From: an uncultured virus (IMG/VR IMGVR_UViG_3300034108_000261)
Taxonomy: Duplodnaviria; Heunggongvirae; Uroviricota; Caudoviricetes
Direction: 5' to 3' (one strand)
Length of the DNA stretch: 64,000 nt
Virus record (IMG/VR): IMGVR_UViG_3300034108_000261
The notes beneath the pieces were generated by a model, which searched no databases, was not told where the DNA came from, and saw only the letters and a list, made by a program, of their open reading frames with translations. This document shows positions 18,408 to 24,993 of this stretch, one piece after another. The first letter of the stretch is position 1. The number at the start of each line of letters is the position of its first letter. A program made the translations under genes and the position numbers.

Positions 18408-19048
18408 GATATAATATTAAGACGAATTCGTGCTTCTTCTAAATCTTCATTAAACAGGTCATCATAATTTTCTGCAAGTAAGAACTTAGCATTCTTCCCT
18501 CGTAGATATGCATGTTGGACCATCGACAGATTTTTGTATGTAAGACCATACTTCAACAAACCAAGCAGACATATCGCGATCCAACCAATTGATTTTGTTT
18601 GTGCAAACGAAAATGCAGCAAGGCAAATTTCGCCTGTATCATTTGCAGGATATCCTGTCAATGTATGCCAAGTGTCATGTGTGTCGCGATATCTGCGTGC
18701 CATCCAATTATACGGATGTTTCGCTTCGATCCATTTACTGTTGTTTGATTTTCTCCTGCTGAGTTTCAGCAGGATTTCTTGGTTTGGAAATAGTTTGTGG
18801 CATTCTCTACCAACAGACCCTTCTGGTCTCTCGGAAAGTGTCGGGAAATACTCGGAAATTTCTTCAGAGGAGTATGCTATCTCACCACCCGATTCAGTCT
18901 TCATTAACTGATCGAGACTCCAGCGTAATGATGGAGGATTTAATGCATGAAGGATCTCGAAAATGAAAATTGTATTCGCAGGATTTCTACGAAGTTTCTT
19001 AAATGCTTTGTATGCACGAAGATAGTCAATTTTGTATTCTAGACTCAT
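18404..19048 (-). CDS. Coq4-family protein
   Basis: RYRDTHDTWHTLTGY-x5-GEI (HDxxH...E), PEGSVG. Confidence 0.8.
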   Translation of the reverse strand: MSLEYKIDYLRAYKAFKKLRRNPANTIFIFEILHALNPPSLRWSLDQLMKTESGGEIAYSSEEISEYFPTLSERPEGSVGRECHKLFPNQEILLKLSRRKSNNSKWIEAKHPYNWMARRYRDTHDTWHTLTGYPANDTGEICLAAFSFAQTKSIGWIAICLLGLLKYGLTYKNLSMVQHAYLRGKNAKFLLAENYDDLFNEDLEEARIRLNIIS

Positions 19049-19784
19049 TTACAATAACCTTCAATTCGCGAAGCACTTTCTTAATTTCAATTGGATTACT
19101 TAGGAAGGCATAGAAGTTTCCACTATCTTCCAAGTCATAGACATATAGATGCTCATCAGTAAGAACATAGTTTATGTCTGGATTATAGTATAATTTATAT
19201 GATGCTACGACATCCTCTGAACCGAGAAATGTCTCGTCGAAATTGAAGGAATTGACAACTTTGTTAGAATACAGTAACATTCTATTTTGCAGAAGATTTG
19301 CCGCCAAAAATTTACCAAGTTCGATTAGGCGTAATCCATGCGAACCTTTTACGTTCGCGAACTTGTAGATATCAGCGCTGTTGAAGAATGCATTACCAGT
19401 GGTATTATTTCCATTATATGTCATAACTCCATCAATCAAACCAACCACATCAACATCGGGATTATCGTCCACGATCGTAGCGAGTTTGCTCAATGCATCA
19501 GGAGCGAGATAATCATCAGCATCGACTTGCATATAATAGTCATGCGGGCGAGATCGGAAAATCTCTAGAACAGAATTCTTTCCCCTCGCAGGTGTCCCGT
19601 TAGATTCAGTTACCAGAAACTCTACATTGTATTCCTCTGCAACAGATCTCGCTTGCTCTACAAATGAAAAATCGAGAGTGTTACATACCACAACCACATC
19701 ACTGGTTTGAGGTAGAACACTCTCGATACAACGTTTTAATTTTTCAACATCCCTTGAAGTAAGGAGTGCAACCAATATGTTCAT
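19026..19784 (-). CDS. glycosyltransferase family 2
   Basis: LKRCIESV..Q, YYMQVDADD (DxD), FDE...SED. Confidence 0.85.
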   Translation of the reverse strand: MNILVALLTSRDVEKLKRCIESVLPQTSDVVVVCNTLDFSFVEQARSVAEEYNVEFLVTESNGTPARGKNSVLEIFRSRPHDYYMQVDADDYLAPDALSKLATIVDDNPDVDVVGLIDGVMTYNGNNTTGNAFFNSADIYKFANVKGSHGLRLIELGKFLAANLLQNRMLLYSNKVVNSFNFDETFLGSEDVVASYKLYYNPDINYVLTDEHLYVYDLEDSGNFYAFLSNPIEIKKVLRELKVIVNESRIQN

Positions 19785-20098
19785 CCGATCAATGAACCTC
19801 CTGCTTTCTTCTTCGCCTTGGCAACTGCCTCTTGCGTCTTGACAGTCTTATGGTCTTTTTTACCATAGTCTTTGGCAAGGGGACTGTTGGGATTCGCGTC
19901 TGCAATTTTCGACATCACTTCCTTGAAGTGGTCTGGTGGTTTGACGCCATCACCTACACCACCGATAATATTCGGTGCAGTTATACCTTGGATAAGGTGT
20001 GGATTTTTCTCTAGAAACTCTTGTAATGCGTCAAATGAACCCCAGAAATCATCCTGAGGTTCACGTGTCTCTGCATCTAAAACTGTATATAAGGGCAT
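19781..20098 (-). CDS. conserved hypothetical T4-like phage protein
   Basis: MPLYT...LQEFLEKNPH...FKEVMSKI...P.SPLA pattern. Confidence 0.7.
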   Translation of the reverse strand: MPLYTVLDAETREPQDDFWGSFDALQEFLEKNPHLIQGITAPNIIGGVGDGVKPPDHFKEVMSKIADANPNSPLAKDYGKKDHKTVKTQEAVAKAKKKAGGSLIG

Positions 20099-20126
20099 TG
20101 TTATCGCTCTCTAATTAATACCAAAA

Positions 20127-20202
20127 TGGTACGGAGTGACGGGCTCGAACCGCCGACATTCTGCGTGTAAAGCAGACGCTCTACCAACTGAGCTAACCCC
20201 GC
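20127..20202 (-). tRNA. tRNA-Val(TAC)
   Basis: Canonical cloverleaf, loop TTTACAC, encoded CCA. Confidence 0.95.
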
Positions 20203-20630
20203 ACAACGTGGTCCGCTGCATGGGTGGCAGCGAACGAATCAGGTTTGACCTTGGCATCAATACCAGTCGAACCCTTAACGTATCCCAGTGCTTCTTTCAC
20301 TGCGATATTACTCTTATACCTTGGATTTGGATTTAAGTCAAGGTGTATTTCCAATTTTCTTTGACCAACTACGTCTAAAATTGCAGTTGCTGCTTCAATA
20401 GCAAATCCTGCTTCAGTAATTAGACGTTGACGTAGATTGCCAAAGTCGCGCATCTCTACGTTTCTAGAGAATAAATTACCACCATGCTTAGAATCCTTGT
20501 GGAGAATAATAACAGTGGAATACTTAGCAAACCAAAGACCGTTGCGTTTGAATCGAATGGAGTCCGCACCTACATAAACAGATGACGTCTCGCTTGAATT
20601 TAGAATTGCTTGTCTTGCTTCATCATACAT
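20193..20630 (-). CDS. RNase H-like YkuK-family protein
   Basis: VYVGADS, RLITEA, EIHLDLN, KSN, AAT.AAD motifs; 3' end overlaps tRNA-Val. Confidence 0.75.
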   Translation of the reverse strand: MYDEARQAILNSSETSSVYVGADSIRFKRNGLWFAKYSTVIILHKDSKHGGNLFSRNVEMRDFGNLRQRLITEAGFAIEAATAILDVVGQRKLEIHLDLNPNPRYKSNIAVKEALGYVKGSTGIDAKVKPDSFAATHAADHVVRG

Positions 20631-20648
20631 AGGTCACCTATTGAAAAT

Positions 20649-20726
20649 TGGCGGCGGGTGGTAGGAATTGAACCTACTTCTCAAGGTTTTGGAGACCCGT
20701 GGATTACCGTTTTCCCTCACCCCCGT
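20649..20726 (-). tRNA. tRNA-Trp(CCA), degenerate stems
   Basis: Loop CTCCAAA, T-arm GTAGG-TTCAATT-CCTAC, CCA end; acceptor and anticodon stems have mismatches. Confidence 0.65.
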
Positions 20727-20739
20727 AATACTTATAAAA

Positions 20740-20816
<77 letters not shown>

Positions 20817-20877
20817 AAAGTCAAGTCGCACTGTGACGCCTGACCCCGTACTGCCCAGAAAAACAGTACGTCGTATA

Positions 20878-20959
20878 TGGTACCCAAGATAGGATTCGAA
20901 CCTACATCTTACTTCCAGTTACCTTTGGCTCCGTTCGTAGCGGAGAGGGATACTTGGGC
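20878..20959 (-). tRNA. non-canonical tRNA-Arg(ACG)-like RNA, no D-arm at the normal position
   Basis: Acceptor GCCCAAG/CTTGGGT-A-CCA, anticodon arm CTCCG-CTACGAA-CGGAG, T-arm GTAGG-TTCGAAT-CCTAT. Confidence 0.65.
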
Positions 20960-20964
20960 AAAAA

Positions 20965-21039
20965 TGGAGCGGGAGATCGGGATCGAACCGACGACGAACA
21001 GCTTGGAAGGCTGACACTCTACCACTGAGTTACACCCGC
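20965..21039 (-). tRNA. tRNA-Gly(TCC)
   Basis: Canonical cloverleaf, U73, CCA. Confidence 0.95.
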
Positions 21040-21047
21040 ATTAAACT

Positions 21048-21055
21048 TATTTATA
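21048..21055 (-). promoter_or_regulatory. T4-type late promoter
   Basis: TATAAATA between tRNA genes. Confidence 0.6.
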
Positions 21056-21056
21056 T

Positions 21057-21133
21057 TGGCGACTCGTACGGGACTTGAACCCGTGGCCTCTAGCGTGACA
21101 GGCTAGCGATCTAACCAACTGATCTAACGAGCC
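21057..21133 (-). tRNA. tRNA-Asp(GTC)
   Basis: Canonical cloverleaf, CCA. Confidence 0.95.
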
Positions 21134-21138
21134 TAAAC

Positions 21139-21224
21139 TGGTGGACAGGGTTGGATTCGAACCAACGTAGCATTACTGCGGCAGATTTACAGTCTGCTGG
21201 TATTAACCACTCACCCACCTATCC
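21139..21224 (-). tRNA. tRNA-Tyr(GTA)
   Basis: Cloverleaf with long variable arm, CCA. Confidence 0.95.
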
Positions 21225-21229
21225 AAAAA

Positions 21230-21305
21230 TGGTGCTCCCGAACGGATTCGAACCGCTGACACGTGGTTCTTCAAACCACTGCTCTACCAACTGAGCTACA
21301 GGAGC
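21230..21305 (-). tRNA. tRNA-Phe(GAA)
   Basis: Cloverleaf, loop TTGAAGA, CCA. Confidence 0.93.
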
Positions 21306-21311
21306 ATATAA

Positions 21312-21394
21312 TGGTACGCCTAGAGGGACTCGAACCCCCACGCTTTCGCACTGGTACCTAAAACCAGCGTGTCTACCAATTCCACCATAGGCGC
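21312..21394 (-). tRNA. tRNA-Leu(TAG)
   Basis: Cloverleaf with variable arm, CCA. Confidence 0.95.
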
Positions 21395-21404
21395 ATAAAA
21401 GAGT

Positions 21405-21517
21405 GACCACCTAAGTGTGCCTTGATTGCTTACTTCGCGACGTTGCAATCTTCCCATGTGAAGAAATATATTGCAAATTATTTCCGCACAACTTCTCGAG
21501 GTTCAGCATAGGTGGTC
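21405..21517 (-). ncRNA. candidate structured ncRNA of unknown class
   Basis: Perfect 9-bp closing stem GACCACCTA/TAGGTGGTC enclosing GAAATA/TATTTC and GATTGC/GCAATC hairpins; fills the space between two tRNAs. Confidence 0.6.
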
Positions 21518-21522
21518 TATAT

Positions 21523-21598
21523 TGGTGGAGAATAACGGGATCGAACCGTTCACCTTCTGCGTGCAAGGCAGACGCTCTACCGAATGAGCTAATTCCCC
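21523..21598 (-). tRNA. tRNA-Ala(TGC)
   Basis: Cloverleaf with G3:U70, CCA. Confidence 0.95.
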
Positions 21599-21611
21599 GA
21601 ATCTATAAAGC

Positions 21612-21756
21612 GAAGTGGGAGGATTCAGTTGTACCTCCATGACCCAGTCAATTACTATCTGTAATCTCGGTCAACGACTCGTTACTGGTTAAGAGGAGTA
21701 CCACTCCCCGAGTCTACATTATCCCCACTGACGAGGGGATTATTCAGTCACACTTC
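21612..21756 (-). ncRNA. multi-stem structured ncRNA, possibly manA-RNA-like
   Basis: Closing stem GAAGTG/CACTTC, hairpins ATCCCC/GGGGAT, GACTCG/CGAGTC, TGACC/GGTCA, GGAGG/CCTCC; family assignment from memory only. Confidence 0.6.
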
Positions 21757-21782
21757 TTACGCCGACCGTCGCCAGCGATATT

Positions 21783-21861
21783 TGGTTGCAGAGGTTGGAT
21801 TTGAACCAACGATTTCCGGCTTATGAGACCAGCGAGGACGACCAGACTCCTCTACTCCGCG
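21783..21861 (-). tRNA. tRNA-fMet(CAT), initiator-type
   Basis: C1:A72 mismatch, loop CTCATAA, CCA. Confidence 0.85.
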
Positions 21862-21867
21862 ATAAAC

Positions 21868-21942
21868 TGGCTCCCTAAGATGGATTCGAACCACCGACCA
21901 ATTGATTAACAGTCAACTGCGCTACCGCTGCGCCATTAGGGA
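21868..21942 (-). tRNA. tRNA-Asn(GTT)
   Basis: Canonical cloverleaf, CCA. Confidence 0.95.
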
Positions 21943-21949
21943 ATAAGAA

Positions 21950-22025
<76 letters not shown>

Positions 22026-22153
22026 AAAACTTATTTAAAGAACACACTATATGCCTATTGACACGCATCTTAAGCGGGACTCACAATAATGTGCTCATTA
22101 AATAAGTCTCGAAAGACTTATTTTATTATAACAATGTCAAAGAGCAGGAACTT

Positions 22154-22191
22154 TATTTATACATTCTACTACAATTTTTGTAGAAAGTCAA
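22154..22191 (-). promoter_or_regulatory. tandem early (sigma70) and late promoters inside the tRNA array
   Basis: TTGACT-N17-TAGAAT (22163..22191) followed by TATAAATA (22154..22161). Confidence 0.75.
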
Positions 22192-22220
22192 CACTTATTT
22201 TCATTTTTACCAAAATAATT

Positions 22221-22296
22221 TGGTAGGGTCGGTGGGACTCGAACCCACACTGGAGGGATTTTAAGTCCCTTGTCTCTGCCTTTGGACTACGACCCC
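22221..22296 (-). tRNA. tRNA-Leu(TAA) with short variable loop
   Basis: Loop CTTAAAA, A73, 76 nt, no long variable arm. Confidence 0.85.
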
Positions 22297-22297
22297 A

Positions 22298-22375
22298 TGG
22301 GGTGGAAGACGGGACTCGAACCCGCGACATTCGGCATCACAAGCCGACGCTCTAACCAACTGAGCTACAACCACC
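22298..22375 (-). tRNA. tRNA-His(GTG) with encoded G-1 and C73
   Basis: Loop TTGTGAT; 5' G-GTGGTTG, 3' CTTCCAC-C-CCA (two U.U pairs in acceptor). Confidence 0.9.
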
Positions 22376-22376
22376 A

Positions 22377-22465
22377 TGGCGGAACATCAGGGAGTCGAAC
22401 CCTGTCTACCCTTTACAGGTAGTACGCATTAGCAGTGCGCTGCATTACCGTCCTGCCCATGTTCC
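22377..22465 (-). tRNA. tRNA-Ser(GCT)
   Basis: Long variable arm, G73, CCA. Confidence 0.93.
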
Positions 22466-22470
22466 AAACC

Positions 22471-22548
22471 TGGAGCGCCGAGTCGGATTCGAACCGACGA
22501 CTGGAAGGATTTGCAGTCCTTTGCATTTGACCACTCTGCCATCGGCGC
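22471..22548 (-). tRNA. tRNA-Cys(GCA)
   Basis: Loop CTGCAAA, U73, CCA. Confidence 0.93.
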
Positions 22549-22549
22549 T

Positions 22550-22621
22550 TGGTACCAGCAGTAGGTAACGCTCCTACCAAACCAACCTTATGAGAGTCGG
22601 TCGGACACTTATCCTGCTGGC
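22550..22621 (-). tRNA. non-canonical tRNA(CAT), candidate elongator tRNA-Met
   Basis: Acceptor GCCAGCA/TGCTGGT-A-CCA, mini D-hairpin GGAT-AAGT-GTCC, loop CTCATAA, T-loop AGCGTTA. Confidence 0.65.
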
Positions 22622-22623
22622 AT

Positions 22624-22699
22624 TGGTGCGTCTAGTAGGCTCCGACCCTACGACCTCACGGTTATCAGCCGTGTGCTCTACCAACTGAGCTATAGACGC
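22624..22699 (-). tRNA. tRNA-Ile(GAT)
   Basis: Cloverleaf, loop CTGATAA; deviant T-loop GTCGGAG. Confidence 0.88.
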
Positions 22700-22706
22700 A
22701 TTAACT

Positions 22707-22901
22707 CTACTTCGAATCTGCCTGCGGAGTTACTGCCGCATCTAGAGGTTTTTCTGCTGCTTCTTCTGTTGCATTTGCTGTAGCAAGTGCTTCATCTGCT
22801 GCAGGACCAGCAGCTTCTGCAACTGATGGCGTTTCTGCGCTGGGAGCACATGCTGCTGTAAGTGCTACAACTGCTGCTGCCATAAAAGTCTTGATATTCA
22901 T
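22707..22901 (-). CDS. small Ala/Pro/Glu-rich lipoprotein
   Basis: Signal peptide with lipobox LTAAC; AAGGA RBS. Confidence 0.75.
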   Translation of the reverse strand: MNIKTFMAAAVVALTAACAPSAETPSVAEAAGPAADEALATANATEEAAEKPLDAAVTPQADSK

Positions 22902-22978
22902 ATTATTACTTCCTTCGTTAATAGAGTTTGAGAGACTAACCGTGATCTCTCGCGTGCTTATTAAGTAGCAACCCTAAC

Positions 22979-23054
22979 TGGTGGACACTCTGGGGCTTGA
23001 ACCCAGGACCTACAGGTTAAAAGCCCGTTGCTCTACCTACTGAGCTAAGTGTCC
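22979..23054 (-). tRNA. tRNA-Lys(TTT)
   Basis: Canonical cloverleaf, CCA. Confidence 0.95.
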
Positions 23055-23059
23055 GAAAC

Positions 23060-23135
23060 TGGTAGACCCTGTTGGATTCGAACCAACGACCTGCGGATTA
23101 AGAGTCCGATGCTCTACCGACTGAGCTAAGGGTCC
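23060..23135 (-). tRNA. tRNA-Lys(CTT)
   Basis: Canonical cloverleaf, CCA. Confidence 0.95.
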
Positions 23136-23141
23136 ATAAAC

Positions 23142-23217
23142 TGGTAGACGAGGAGGGACTCGAACCCCCAACCAAACCGTTATGAGCGGTCGGCTCTAAC
23201 CATTGAGCTACTCGTCT
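23142..23217 (-). tRNA. tRNA-Ile2(CAT, lysidine type) probable
   Basis: GTAGCTCAATGGTTAGAGCC...CTCATAA...TTGGTTGGGGGTTCGAGTCCCTC body resembles bacterial Ile2. Confidence 0.8.
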
Positions 23218-23416
23218 AGATGTAGATTCGATGCTCGAAATCCGGATTCACATGAGCGCCAACTACTTGACGCACGATGTAATAATAATCGATGAACCGA
23301 TCACCGTCACGAGTATACACACCATGGGCATTCCGTGCTTCATCTTCCGACGCATACACGCCAAGGAGCACAGAACCTGCCATATCGAACTCACCTAGTA
23401 ATGCAAAAACTTCCAT
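23216..23416 (-). CDS. hypothetical early protein inserted in the tRNA array
   Basis: Own promoter 23444..23472 and AAGGA RBS; LLGVYASEDEA pattern. Confidence 0.65.
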   Translation of the reverse strand: MEVFALLGEFDMAGSVLLGVYASEDEARNAHGVYTRDGDRFIDYYYIVRQVVGAHVNPDFEHRIYI

Positions 23417-23443
23417 AACAATTTCCTTTCAAACTATACACAC

Positions 23444-23472
23444 AGTATACCCCAGATTTAAGAAAAAGTCAA
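23444..23472 (-). promoter_or_regulatory. sigma70-type early promoter
   Basis: TTGACT-N17-TATACT. Confidence 0.8.
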
Positions 23473-23504
23473 GCCCCTATTTTGCATTTTATCAAATTAT
23501 TTTT

Positions 23505-23581
23505 TGGTGACCCCTACGGGATTCGAACCCGTGATCTTCGCCGTGAAAGGGCGATGTCCTAGACCGCTAGACGAAGGGGCC
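23505..23581 (-). tRNA. tRNA-Glu(TTC)
   Basis: Canonical cloverleaf, CCA. Confidence 0.95.
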
Positions 23582-23583
23582 AA

Positions 23584-23672
<89 letters not shown>

Positions 23673-23678
23673 TAAACG

Positions 23679-23915
23679 TTAGAGACCAATCGCGGTACGA
23701 TATGTCTCTAGAATCATATCTTCTTCTTGCCGAATATGCGCTTCCTTTTTACGGAGACGAATAATCTGGCGAGTCGCTTTAGCATCGTAACCTTCGCCTT
23801 TCAACTCAGAATAGACTTCCTTACGATCTGCCTTCCTAGCATCAAGATCCGCTTCGATATTTTCGATGCGCTCGATGAAGAGGCGATACTTATCAACTGC
23901 AATAATGTCACTCAT
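23679..23915 (-). CDS. gapR: GapR-like (DUF2312/UPF0335) DNA-binding protein
   Basis: FIERIE.IE...KEVY.E.KG.GYD.K..RQII.LRK...EE..IL..Y..A.G signature. Confidence 0.85.
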   Translation of the reverse strand: MSDIIAVDKYRLFIERIENIEADLDARKADRKEVYSELKGEGYDAKATRQIIRLRKKEAHIRQEEDMILETYRTAIGL

Positions 23916-23932
23916 AATATTCTCCTACAAAA

Positions 23933-24008
23933 TGGATGCCCCGTCAGGTCTCGAACCTGAACTCTTCTGAATCAAAATCAGACGTGTTGCCAATTACACC
24001 ACGGGGCA
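23933..24008 (-). tRNA. tRNA-Gln(TTG)
   Basis: U1:A72, loop TTTTGAT, CCA. Confidence 0.93.
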
Positions 24009-24028
24009 AGAACCTCAATAACAAAACC

Positions 24029-24057
24029 AATATACTATAGATTTATAAAATAGTCAA
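24029..24057 (-). promoter_or_regulatory. sigma70-type promoter heading the tRNA array
   Basis: TTGACT-N17-TATATT. Confidence 0.7.
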
Positions 24058-24071
24058 CACTTTTCTTCAAA

Positions 24072-24566
24072 CTATTTGTATGGGTCGTAATTTCTTCCCC
24101 ATAACCATCCACTCGGTAGACTGAACGATCTTGGGTCGACCAGATGCGTCTTACCACTAGGTTCAACACACCACCTTCGCACCCGCATACTTTGCATAAG
24201 ACTCATCTTGCGACGAGTCTCGTAGGAGTGCCTCCGATTATACATCGGATTATTCTCTCCCCGACGAGTTCCCTTCATCGTCCTGCTAATCTTTGCTCGA
24301 TGCTCGTCTGACAATCCATTGGCATTTGGGTTTTTACTACCCTTCTTTGCCTCGGCAATTTTCTCTCTGCCTTCTGGAGTGTGCAATCTATTTCGTCGGC
24401 GAGTTACCTTGTCAACGACTTTAGAGATCTTTTGTTGCTTAGAAGCAGTTTCGCGAATCAACTCAATGTTGGTTGTCTGTAGAATCAGTTCGCGAGGTTT
24501 TGGGACGATTGTTGGATCTTTTACGATCCACAGTTCCGTTTTATGTTGAAAGAGGTAAAACCTCAT
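24072..24566 (-). CDS. NUMOD3-repeat DNA-binding protein (homing-endonuclease-related, no recognisable catalytic domain)
   Basis: HTPEGREKIAEAKKG, LSDEHRAKISRTMKG, GENNPMY, HSYETRRKMS. Confidence 0.75.
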   Translation of the reverse strand: MRFYLFQHKTELWIVKDPTIVPKPRELILQTTNIELIRETASKQQKISKVVDKVTRRRNRLHTPEGREKIAEAKKGSKNPNANGLSDEHRAKISRTMKGTRRGENNPMYNRRHSYETRRKMSLMQSMRVRRWCVEPSGKTHLVDPRSFSLPSGWLWGRNYDPYK

Positions 24567-24951
24567 TTACAATGCCTTTATCAATCAACGTCAAATCATG
24601 TTCCCGATCAATGTATTTAAACTCTACATGGTCTGGATCAAATTCCTGTAGCGCCTCGAAGACATCCTTCGTATTTAGCGCCGAGCACGTATACACATCC
24701 AGTTGCATGAGAGCAGGAGAAACCTCATCCCAAACATGCATAGCAATATGCGATGTTTCGATAATAGTAACTGCAGTCAAACCACGATTGCCTTCCATGT
24801 CACTGTAAACAGCATATGGACCCATTAGTATCTTCATACCAATTTTATCAACCAGAGTCTTCATCCAGTCCTGGATTGCCTCTGCGCATTGTGGTGGATT
24901 CTTCAATTCAGCTCTGATAATCAGATGTTTATGCTCAAGAATTTGCCCCAT
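24541..24951 (-). CDS. speD: S-adenosylmethionine decarboxylase proenzyme
   Basis: HLII, GLTAVTIIETSHIAMHVW (self-cleavage Ser), LDVYTC. Confidence 0.88.
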   Translation of the reverse strand: MGQILEHKHLIIRAELKNPPQCAEAIQDWMKTLVDKIGMKILMGPYAVYSDMEGNRGLTAVTIIETSHIAMHVWDEVSPALMQLDVYTCSALNTKDVFEALQEFDPDHVEFKYIDREHDLTLIDKGIVNEVLPLST

Positions 24952-24985
24952 CGATGTTCCTTCTTCGTAGGTGCTGGAAAGATCT

Positions 24986-24993
24986 TATTTATA
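24986..24993 (-). promoter_or_regulatory. T4-type late promoter
   Basis: TATAAATA upstream of speD. Confidence 0.6.

Noticed and set aside
21405..21756. tmRNA, SRP RNA, RNase P RNA or a known riboswitch
   Set aside because: No tRNA-Ala-like ends or tag ORF, no SRP helix-8 motif, too short for RNase P, and no aptamer consensus I can recognise
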